DNA from: Gracilinanus agilis
Taxonomy: Eukaryota
Length of the DNA stretch: 64,000 nucleotides
Direction of reading: 5' to 3'
Assembly (NCBI RefSeq): GCF_016433145.1
Contig: NC_058132.1
Coordinates: 123,313,319-123,377,318 of the forward strand
Part shown: positions 39,476-49,537 of the stretch, in pieces
How positions within the stretch are numbered: position 1 is the stretch's first letter
Layout of the letters: the number at the start of each line of letters is the position of its first letter
Made by a program: the position numbers and the translations under genes
Notes under the pieces: model-generated
What the model was told of the DNA's origin: nothing
The model's database searches: none
What the model saw: only the letters and a program-made list of their open reading frames with translations

Positions 39476-40453
39476 TCAAAACTAAGGGTACTGATTAGAG
39501 AGAAAGTCATACCTGAAAGAAGGAGCTAGGAAAGAGGATAAAGGCCAGCCAAAAGTGAATAACTCACTTGGCTCAAGAATCAGACACCTTTTACCACCAC
39601 TCCCTTTCCCCCATGAACATGAATTGTAGGGAAAGGCTCCTTTCTTCCTAAATACCTTCTTTATTGGCCTTCCCCAGGACCTTGGATTAAGGCACTGACG
39701 TGGGAAATCTTCTCTTAAGATATAAATGACTTTGTTAGAAGGGAGTAACAGATTTCGTCCCTCAGAACTCATTGTCACATCATCAAATATTTGTTTCTCA
39801 AGTTAGTAGCAATCTGGTACATTTGAAAAAGGGAAGGCTATGTACGTCTGAACTTTGTTTAAAAGAGGGTGGGAAGAACCAGGCTCAACTTTATAAATCA
39901 AACCATATTTTTAGTTTTCCCACCCAGGCTCCCTGAAAAATATGTGTCACCCAGACCAAAGCAACCTATGATACCGGCAAATCTCCAGTCTGCTCAGAGC
40001 TTGAAGTCCAAGATTTGTATTCCTGTTGCATCCTGTAGCAGCAGAAGGAAAAGTTATCAGCCATAGACAGCCAGCTCTCAGTCTTAAAGCAGCCGACAAC
40101 AGACAGTCTGGGCATGTCTCAGATTCAGAAATCTTCCCTCCCAGAATCCTTCTTCCCCATCACTGGCTGCTAAATATTCACTGCCTTTTCCATCTCATGG
40201 AATGAGACAAAAGCTGATCATTCACCTTATGAAAAGTAAAAGAAAAATAATTCATTTGCCTTTAAAGTCCTGCCTGTAGTCAAAATAAGAGCTTTTAAAA
40301 CCTGCTGCAACAGATGTGAAATATTCAGTTCTAAGTTGTGTTTTCTCGTTGACCCACAGGTTAAGCAATAGTTTTGGAAGCTAAGGTAGGGAAAACTCTG
40401 ATTGCCCCATCCCAGAGTAGCCCCTCCTGAGCAATTAGTAAGGCACAACTCAC

Positions 40454-40491
40454 AGGAGCCACAGGGAGTGAATGGTTCTGGGAAGAAGCAG
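40454..40491 (-). other. Candidate short exon (38 nt; 24 nt with the alternative acceptor), or the 3' part of an alternative first exon
   Basis: Minus strand: branch-like CTCAAC, long pyrimidine tract, CAG acceptor (AG at 40493-40492), donor CCT|GTGAGT (40453-40448). Confidence 0.4.
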
Positions 40492-41324
40492 CTGCAGAGA
40501 GAAGAAAGAGGAAGAGAGAATAGCGTTGAGGAAGGAAGACGCCCAGGGAAAACTGGCAGCTTTTAAGGGGGCGGGAACCTAGACACCTGAAGTTTACCAG
40601 CCACTGGCCACTCCCAGGGTTCATCAGAGACATTAAATGATAGATCGAGGACTTGCCACCTAGCACAGAACTTGACTTTTCTCAGTTGTAAGAAAGGCTT
40701 CATGGTACAAAATTAGAAGGCTGCCAGAAAGCTTTGTAAGATATGAAAAAACTCATGTCTAGAGAAAGAAAGTATATTTATTTTTTTAAAAGAGTATTTT
40801 AAATGAAGACTACCACCCAGCCTATTGGGCTTATACAAGGATCGATGGGCAAAGGGAGGCAGGATTCCGATACTTCAAGGAAGGGCTTAAGCAATATGGG
40901 GAGCAAAGGCTGGCACTCATGCCCTCCACAGAAGGGAGTGCAAGGAGTCCAAGCATATCCTTTTTAAAAGTATAATAGTATCAGCAGCCCCAGACAGCTC
41001 TTGCTCCCAGGCTTCTTTTCCAGCCGTGCCTGGGAAGTCTCTCAAACCACAGCTGGCTGAATTATGTTGTGTCCAACTCGAAGGTTAAAAATTACTGCAT
41101 CGAGGCTTTCATTTTCTGATGTTGCTTCCAGCGTGGAAATACAAAACAACAGCAAATGAGAATTGATAGAGTCAGGAAGGCTCCCGGTCTCTTTAGAGTT
41201 GATGAAGGAGACAAGAAACATCAAGCAGAGAGGAGATAAAGTGTCAGATTTACTTGATTCTCTCCCCTTCAAGTAAACCTTATCTTTTTCAGTGCTTTCT
41301 GGAATGGGCAGGCCAGGTATACTG

Positions 41325-41337
41325 TGCCACCTGGTGG
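41325..41337 (-). promoter_or_regulatory. Candidate CTCF binding motif
   Basis: Minus strand CCACCAGGTGGCA, a close match to the CTCF core; in non-repeat sequence. Confidence 0.55.
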
Positions 41338-42417
41338 AATTTGAGGAAATAATCAGATGTTCTGAGAAAAATGGACTCCAGCAGAGTGGTGGTCTTTTGA
41401 CTCAAATACAGAATTGTAGGCTTGGAATAAAGTCTGGGTTGAGTTTTTCCAGGCTACCCAAATCTATCTGATTTGTTCTGCTTGGCCCCAGCTGGCATGA
41501 GCAGGTATAATGGGAAGAAAGATGCAAAGAAGCAGATTTCAGGGAAAAGCTCTCAAATAATTAAAGCTGTCCAAAAGTGGAACGGGCTATTTTGGAGATA
41601 GTAGGAAACATAGTACAGTGGAAATGACACTCAACTTGGAGTCAGAGGTCCTGGGTTCAAATTCTATGTCAATGTGTGACCTTGGGCAAGTCACTAAACT
41701 CTCTAGCATAGTAGATCCAGAGCAGGAAATGGAGTTAAGAGGACTTGAGTTCTAAGTCAGTCTCAGATGCTTGGAACCCGAATAATTCATTTAATCTTGG
41801 TCTGCATCATTTGTAAAATGGGGACAATACAAAAATAGCACCTACCTTCCAGGATCGTTGGGAGGAAAAGCTAACATTTGTTAAGTATTTTGCAAACCTT
41901 AAAGCACTATGTGTGCTATCATCATCATTCCTCATCTATAAAATGAAGAGGTTGGATTAGATAAGTCTCTAAAGAGCTTTCCAGCTCTTTATGATCTTTT
42001 TAAAAACATACTTTTTTAAAATTACATGTAAAAACAATTTTAACAATAATTTTCTGATATTTTGTGATTCAGATTCTCTACCTCCTTCCTCCCACTACTC
42101 CCCACCAGATGGATCTATTGATTCTCTGATCCTTCTTAAGAAGTCTTCAGACAAAGACTGGATGACTACCAAAGCATGTGGTAGAGGGGGATGGAAGGGC
42201 ACAAGGAAGTCAGGAATATTTGGGTTTGAATCCCAACTCAGACATTTAAAACCTGTGGGAGCCAAGACAAGTTACTTAACTTGTTAACCAACTTCATGAT
42301 TAAGAAATACAACTCTTGACTCACTGATTGAAGCTGAGCCCAGATGGCAGAGAAATACAGGGACTCACCTGAGCTCTTCCAAATTCACTGCCAAACAACT
42401 TTAAAGTAACTCCTCAA

Positions 42418-42644
42418 GGGGTCAGCCAGGTGGTTCAATGGATAGAGAACCAGGGCTAGAGATGGGAGGTCCTGAGTTCAAATCCGATCTCAGATACTGC
42501 CTAGCTATGTGACCCTGGGCAAGTCACTTGACCTCAATGCCTAGCCCTTATCATTCTTCTGCCTTAGAACCAATATGTAGTAATGATTCTAAGATGATAT
42601 TGATTCTAGGATGGAGGGTAAAATTTAAAAATAAAATAAAATAT
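42418..42644 (+). mobile_element. SINE1_Mdo-type SINE nested in L1 5' end
   Basis: TSD ctcctcaa (42410-42417 / 42645-42652). Confidence 0.95.
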
Positions 42645-44120
42645 CTCCTCAAATTGAATTTTGGAGAAGCAAAACCAAAAAAAAAAAACAACTGACCTGC
42701 ATTAAAATAGATCCAGGAGAAATAATTTAAGAATTATTGGGCTACCTGAAAGTCATGACCAAAAAAAGAGCGCAGGCATCATTTTAAAAGAAATTATCAA
42801 GGAAAACTGCCCTGATGTTCTACAAACAGAAAGAAAAATAAAAACTGAAAGAATACCCTGATCACCAACTGAAAGAGATCCCCAAATGAAAATTCCCAAG
42901 AATATTATAACTTAATTCCAGAACTCTCAGGTCAAGGAGAAAATATTGCAAGCATCCAGAAAGGAACAATTAAAATATTGTGAAACTGCAGTCAGGATCA
43001 CACAAGATTTAGCAGCTTCTACATTGAAAGACTAGAGGACTTGGGATATGATATTCCAGAGGGAAAAGGATTTAGGATTACAACTGTGAATCACCTACCC
43101 AGCAAAACTGAGTATAATCCTTCAGAGAAAAAAAATAGATATTTAATGAAAAAGAGAAATTTCAAGTATTCCTGGTGAAAAGATTAGAGTTGAATATAAA
43201 ACTTGATTTCAAATTCAAGACTCAAGAGAGGTATAAAAAGGTAAACTGGAAAAAGAAATCATAAGAGAATCAATAAGGTTATACAATTTACATTCCTACA
43301 TGAGAAGATGGTACTTGCAATTCCTAAGAACTTAATTAGGATAGTTAGAAGGAGTATATAAAGATAGAAAGCACTGGCATAAGTTGACTATGATGGTAGG
43401 ATATCCAAAAAATTAAAATTAAAGGGTGAGAAAGTGAGATGCATCAGGAGAAGGGGGGGGAAGTAAGTTATCTTACATAAAAGAGGTTTGAAAGCTTCTA
43501 CAGTGGAAGAAAGAAGGGGTATGGTGGACAGGACTTGAATCTTACTCTTGTTGGAATTGGCTCAAAGAGGGAATACTCTATAATGCAGTTGGATATAGAA
43601 ATCTATATTACCCTACAGAGAAGTAGGAGGGGAAGAGAAAAAGAAAGGGCAGATTGAAGGTGGTGGTCAGAAGCAAAACATTTTTGAGGAGGGCCAGGGT
43701 GAAAGGAGAGAGACAATAGGATAAATGAATGGAGGGGGGGATTAGGAAATAGGATGGAGGGAAATACACAGTAATCCTAAATGTGAAAAAATTTTACAAT
43801 AAGTTTCTCTGACAAAGTTCTCATTTTTCAAATATATAGAGAACTGAGTCATGTTTACAAGACTACAAGTCATTCCCCAATTGATAAATTCTCAAAGGAT
43901 ATGTATGCACAGGTACTTTTCAGAAAGGTAATAAAAAATTTCTAATCATATGAAAAAATGCTTTAAATCATTATTGATTAAAGAAATGCATATTCAAACA
44001 ACTCCTCATACATATCAGATTGGCTAATATGACAGAAAAGGAAAATGACAAATGTTGGGGGGAAATGTGGGAAAAATGCGACACTAAAGTACTGTTTGTG
44101 GAATTGAGAATGCCAAACAT

Positions 44121-44804
44121 TCTTTAAAATTTTTTTAAAATTTATTTATTTTATTTAGAATATTTTCCCATGGTTACATGATTCATGATCCTCCTCCCCT
44201 CTTTTCCTCCCCCCTCCTGAAGCTGGTAAGCAGTTCCACTGGGTTACACATTTATCATTGTTCAAAACCTATTTCCATGTTATTCATATTTGTAGTAGAG
44301 TTATCTTTTAACATCAAAACCCCAATCATATACTCATCAAACCATGTGATCAATCATATGTTTTCCTTCTGTGTTTTTACTACCACAATTCTCTCTCTGG
44401 ATGTGGACAGCGTTCTTTCTCATAAGTCCCTCAGAGATGTCCAGGGTCATTGCATTGCTGCTAGTAAAGAAGTCCATTACTTTCGATTGTGCCTTTGTGT
44501 ACAATGTTCTCCTGGTTCTGCTCCTTTCACTCTGCATCAATTCCTGGAGGCCATTCCAGTTCACATGGAATTCCTCCAATAATATTCCATCACCATCATA
44601 TACTACAATTTGTTCTACCATTCCCTCATTTTCCAATTTTTTGCCACCATATGAACACTCCCTCATTTTCCAATTTTTTGCCACCATAAAGAGTGTGGCT
44701 ATAAATATTTTTATACAAGCCTTTTCCCTTATTATCTCTTTGGGGTACAAACCCAACAGTGGAATGGCTGGGTCAAAGGGAAGGCATTTTTTTAAAGCCC
44801 TTTG
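44121..44804 (-). mobile_element. Younger 5'-truncated L1 nested antisense in the older L1
   Basis: ORF 44337-44813(-) contains the L1 ORF2 C-terminus (DPAIPLLGLYPKE); gaatgccaaa repeated at 44108-44117 and 44805-44814. Confidence 0.95.
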
Positions 44805-46907
44805 GAATGCCAAATGGTTGAGAGCAGTTTGGAACTACTCCCAAAGGATTATAACAGAGTACATGTCCTTTGACTCAGCAATACCACTACTATATCCCTA
44901 ACTATAGCTCAAAGAGATTTTACAAAAAGAAAAAGAGGAAAAGAACCTATATTTATAGCAGTTCTTTTCGTGGTGGCAAAGAATTAGAAACTGAGGGGGA
45001 ACCCATCATTTGGGGAATGGCTGAAGAAGTTGTAGCATATGATTGTGATGGAAAACTAGTGTGCTATAAGAAACGATGAACAGAATGCTTTCAGAAATAC
45101 ATGGAAAGACTTACATGAACTGATGCAAGTGAGGTGAGCAGAATCAGCAAAACCTTGTATATAGTAACCAAAATATTATATGGTGGTCAGCTGTGAGTGA
45201 CTTAGCTATTCTTAGTAATACAATGATCCAAGACAATTCTGAAGCACTTATGGTGAAAAATGCTTTCTGCCTCCAGAGAAAGAACTGATGGAGTCTGAAT
45301 ACAGATTGAAGCATACTTTTATTTTTACTTTCTTCATTTATATTGTTGGGTTTTGTTTTTTTTTTGGTTTGTGTTTTCTTTTTCAACATGACTAACAGAG
45401 AAATATGTTTTGCATGACTGCACATGTATAACCTTTATGAAATTGCTTGCATTCTCAATGAGAAAGGAGGGGTGGCAGGAAAGGGAGAGAATTTGGAACC
45501 CAAGATTTTAAAAAACAAATATCAAAAATTGTTTTTACATGTAATTGCAAAAAAATAGTTTTAAAAAAGAGAAAAGAAACACACTAGTTTAGGAGAGCTA
45601 GCATAGTACAGCAGAAACAACTACGAGTTCAAATTCTGACTCTGGCTGTGTGATCATGGATAAGTAACCTCACCTGTCAAACTCAGTTTCCTCATCTACC
45701 AAATTAAGGGTTAGATTAGATGCTCTCTAATGGGAAAGAGCTCTGGTTTTGGAAGAGAACCTGTGTTTAAGCCACTTTGCTACTTATATGGCCTTGAATG
45801 AGTCCGAGTATTGCTGAGTCTATTTATCTGTAAAATGATTGCACTAGATTCTGAAGTCTAAATCCATGAGAATATAGCTATACATACTTAATTCATCCCA
45901 TTTAATTAACTGGGCCTACTTCTTTGTGCCAGAAAGCCCCTTTAGCTTCTGACGGAAGCTACTCTCAGAGTCCTAGCTAATACTGTCTAACATGCTACCT
46001 TTTCTTCTTTCTTCTTCCCATCATCCCAAAGTACTCCCTAAAGAAGCTCAGAATGCACTCCACTGAAGAAACCTAAGAGTTATTCTTTCCTCCCTTCCCC
46101 CTTCATGGTCATAAACATCTACAATTCAGAGGAATAGGTCATAGGATTATTGATTGCAGAGACCTTAGAGCCATCCAATCTAACTCCCTCATTTTGCAGA
46201 TGAGAAACCTGAGACCCAGAGAAGATAAGTGACTTGCTCAAAGTCACACAAATAATTTGTTACCCGGGACTTAGAATATGAATCTAAAGCTCTCTTCTAA
46301 GAATGGTACTTCTCTGATAATGAAATAAGTGATCAATCAAGAGGCATTTCTTAAGCTCTTACTATTAAGGTCTCCTTTTAAAGAAGGTAGGCTTTGGAAA
46401 TGTTCAGGGACATTTTAAAGATCTAGTTCTAGTATAAAGACAATGCATCTTTTTAAAGGAATGTCCTTGTGATGGCACCATCTTGGGCTCACATCCAACC
46501 ATTGATACCTGATTATTTCATACTCCATTTTTCACAGAGTACGGAACATGTCACATAAAGCTTATAAATTTTTTGCATTTCTAGGGGTCTAAGGAGTAAT
46601 GCTAGAGAATCGGTATTGTGTGGAAAGAGAAGGGCTAAGTTTCACATCATTCACAGAATCTAGCCCTCAATTAGAAGGAACTCCAAAGTTCATCCATTTT
46701 CCACCACAGGATCAACAAGGTAATGTCAAGTTTCTCCAATGAAGGGAAACTCAGTGAGGGCTTCCCTGGTGATTCAGTTTCTCCCTTGTGTGAGGGCATA
46801 GTCTTCACACTACAGTGAATAAAAGGGATGATGAAAAACAAGAATGTGCCTAGGTATTTGGGATGCTGATGACAGGGCTGCCCCATTCATACCCCAAGTC
46901 ATTAAAC

Positions 46908-47251
46908 CAGTGATGGGCAACCTTTTGAGCTTGATGTGTCAAAATTCGCCAAAAAACTGAGCATAACTTGAGTGGTGTGCCACTTAGAGAAAAAAATAAT
47001 TTCTGATATTTATAGTTTAAATAACAAAAATGTATAATTGTAATGTGTAACTGCATTTAATAAATAGGTAAATTAATATAGATAGAATTGTCATCTATAG
47101 TGCACAGAGCGTCTACACTACACTACAGCAAATGTTTCATCCTGGGCATGCGGCCCCATACTTCTCTGTATGCAGCCACATGCCTCCGTGTGTCATCAAA
47201 AATGGCTACACATGTCAGTCCTGACACCGTTTCATAGGTTTGCCATCACTG
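46908..47251 (-). mobile_element. Non-autonomous hAT DNA transposon, OposCharlie1 (OC1)-type
   Basis: Imperfect 16-bp TIRs CAGTGATGGGCAACCT / CAGTGATGGCAAACCT; perfect 8-bp TSD CATTAAAC (46900-46907 / 47252-47259); internal sequence matches the recalled OC1 non-autonomous consensus. Confidence 0.9.
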
Positions 47252-47663
47252 CATTAAACCCTTCTTTTCTCTCCTCTTCATACCAGCCAACTCTTAAACC
47301 ATTAAAAAAAAAAAAAAAAAAAAGTAAGGGGGAATGAGAAGGGCCGAGGAAGGGACGCTCCCCCGATTGTAAATTCTCCATTTCTGGGTAAGGCTGAGTA
47401 GGACTAGCCCCTGGGTTTCAGGCTGAGGAGCACAGAGAGCACAGGTGGAAGCCCAGGGACGTGGTAGTGAAAGCAGGAAGGCGAAAGGCTGGAAATGGGA
47501 ACGACGGTTAATGGTGGTTAGCTAACATTTCTCCCCGGCCCTAAATCTGCACTAACCAGCGCTCTGACGCTCAGGACTGAGGCCAAGTGCCAAAGCCGAA
47601 AACTGGCGTGGCCAAAGGCAGGCTAACTGGAGGCCACCTCACTGCGGAAAGAGGGAGTGAACT

Positions 47664-47802
47664 TTATGTAAGCGGAACTGCACGGAGCGAGCGAGGGAGC
47701 TGCACATGCTCGTTCCCAAGGCAGCCGAGAAACAGAGTTTCGGCAGTACCCTGCAGAAAGCAGCCGGGAAGGAGGGAGGAGGTTCGCTCCCACCTTACAT
47801 AA
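47664..47802. promoter_or_regulatory. Pair of PAR-bZIP/NFIL3 D-boxes in opposite orientation
   Basis: TTATGTAA at 47664-47671 and TTACATAA at 47795-47802. Confidence 0.55.
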
Positions 47803-47892
47803 GCCCAACGGGGGGAGAAGAAGTCAAGGACAAAGAACCTCCCTCTCCCACTTGGCTGTTTCTTTTGTTCGCCTCTCTGGGCTCGGGGTTTG

Positions 47893-47901
47893 TGATGAAA
47901 C
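47893..47901 (+). promoter_or_regulatory. C/EBP-ATF composite element (TGATGAAAC)
   Basis: Identical to the ASNS NSRE-1 9-mer; no NSRE-2 (GTTACA) 11 bp downstream. Confidence 0.4.
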
Positions 47902-48564
47902 TGCCGTAGGAACGCCTGGAAGTCACACAGGGAGCTGTTAAGCCCCAAACAGTCAGTGCTCACAAAAGGCATCCACGGTACAGAACCGCCTTCCTCCCCC
48001 TCCCTCCCAACCTCCCTCCCGCCCTGGGAGAGCCACTTGTTACTTGGCATACAAGCTCCTGCCAGGGCCAGGTGGGACTCGCGCTAAGCGCGAGGCAAAG
48101 ACAGCGACAGCGCAGCAAAGAGGGGCAAACCTGGATCTGGAGGCAGAAAAAGGGGATTCAAACGCTGCTACTGATAGCTTCTTAATAAATAACAACATTT
48201 ATGAAACTCTTTGAACTTCGTAATAGCCACTGATGTCCACAACCACCGCAGGAAGAAGGGTGTCCCGTTCTCCCCATCTGGGGACAGATAGATAACTCCA
48301 GGAAGGTGAACGTTACTGTTATGCCTGTTTAGGAAACTGAGGCCGATAGAGGTTACCAGACTTGTCCAGGGTCACACACCCGCAATCTAGTTGCAGTTAA
48401 TGTCAGTCTCAGTTTCTTCTCCGGCAAAATGAGGGGTTGAATTAAGTGGTCTCTGAGTTTTAACCTCTCCTTCCAGTTTTAACTCTCTGATGCTATGAAG
48501 TCTTCCACCCCCACCAAGCAAACCACCTCCAGAGCTGAGATGTTGCAATAGCCTCAGTTCCTAC

Positions 48565-48775
48565 CGAGTTCCCCATCTCCTGCTGCATCCAGAGCTGCCA
48601 GTGCTGCTGGGTGCTGGAGCCTGGGGGAGGATAATGGTACGAGCTATCTCCCTAGGGCGCTTAGAGGAGTCATTGATCCAGCCTTGGAGCCTGCAGAGGC
48701 CGGGGCTGCAGGAGCAGCAGCAGCGGGTGGGCTGGCTGGCGGCTCCTCTGCCTCTCTCCCGCATCCATCCCCCTG
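48565..48775 (-). other. Candidate first exon (GC-rich leader) of an unidentified minus-strand gene
   Basis: Starts ~30 bp downstream of a TATA box; ends at TCG|GTAGGA (GT at 48564-48563); GC-rich, CpG-retaining. Confidence 0.55.
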
Positions 48776-48784
48776 GAGCAGCGC

Positions 48785-48808
48785 ATTACATCACTCGACA
48801 TTATATAA
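48785..48808 (-). promoter_or_regulatory. TATA box plus ATF4/C-EBP composite element (CARE/AARE)
   Basis: Minus strand TATATAA-TGTCGAG-TGATGTAAT; the TATA element is quasi-symmetric (also TATATAA on + at 48802-48808). Confidence 0.65.
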
Positions 48809-49537
48809 GCAGCTCAGCCTCCCCGTGGTGTTCTTCTGAAGGGAAATGAAGCCGGATTGTCAGCCGCGTGAACCAGACTCAACTTGGTCCACTCTTTAGC
48901 TTTCTCAGTTTTAGGGGGCCTCTTGATCACTGCAGCCCTGAATGGGAAAGCAGCCAAGAGCTAGTTTATCCCCCCACAATAGGAGTCTCTCCTGAAAGTG
49001 CCCTTGGTTGGTGCCAGTCTCATCTTGATCATCTTCCATTTCAATGAATGAATACAGTGGACTCTTCATTTATTCAGACAGTCCGGAGCCCAGGGCCAGA
49101 CTTGGAGTCAAGAAGACCTGAGTTCAAAATTCTAACTGAAATTTAGTAACTGTGAGACTTTAGGCAAGGTTTTTTTTTTTTTTTTTTAAACATGTCAGCT
49201 TCCTCATCTGTAAAATGGGATAATAATAGCTATTGTATCAAAGGATTGTGGTGAGGCTAAAATGACATTATTACATATATACAGCTCTATGTGAATGTCA
49301 ATTAAAATGAATTTACTGAATGCCTGTGTGCCCAGTCTTGCTGACCCATGTGCCAAAGGTACATGGTATGTGTTTAAGGCAAGGAAAATCTTCCATATGA
49401 CTAGCTTATTGCTGAAATTTGGTTGTACTGGTTTTTACTAGCAAAAGATTTTTAAAAATATTACACAGAGGTTTTTATTATAGTGTTATTTGTGATGAGG
49501 CACTTGGCTTGGGTATTTCATGATACATCCTATTAGT

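Larger units (their letters stand above)
42325..45570 (+). mobile_element. Internally deleted L1: 5' end, ORF1 C-terminal half, spacer, ORF2 N-terminus fused to ORF2 C-terminus, 3' UTR; with two nested insertions
   Basis: ORF1 motifs (NLRIIGLPESHDQKK; RITQDLAASTLKD) at ~42700-43200; ORF2 start ...LNV fused at ~43786 to the KIF..SFSDK region; L1 3' UTR ends ~45570. Confidence 0.9.
47341..48170. promoter_or_regulatory. CpG-rich regulatory block (intronic enhancer or alternative promoter)
   Basis: About 37 CpG in ~830 bp by hand count, against a strongly CpG-depleted background; non-repeat sequence. Confidence 0.8.

Noticed and set aside
39696-39703. UPRE-like TGACGTGG; also TGATGCAAA/octamer at 14829-14838
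   Set aside because: Single 8-9-mers without supporting context; within chance expectation for 64 kb.
47587-48050. Overlapping ORFs (61-128 aa) in the CpG-rich block
   Set aside because: Expected in GC-rich DNA; no recognisable protein. The cgcag/gtgagg word at 47641-47646 can be read as either donor or acceptor, so it was not called.
48802-49000. Plus-strand gene from the symmetric TATA
   Set aside because: No initiator, GC-rich leader or donor follows on +. Not excluded, but the minus reading fits better.
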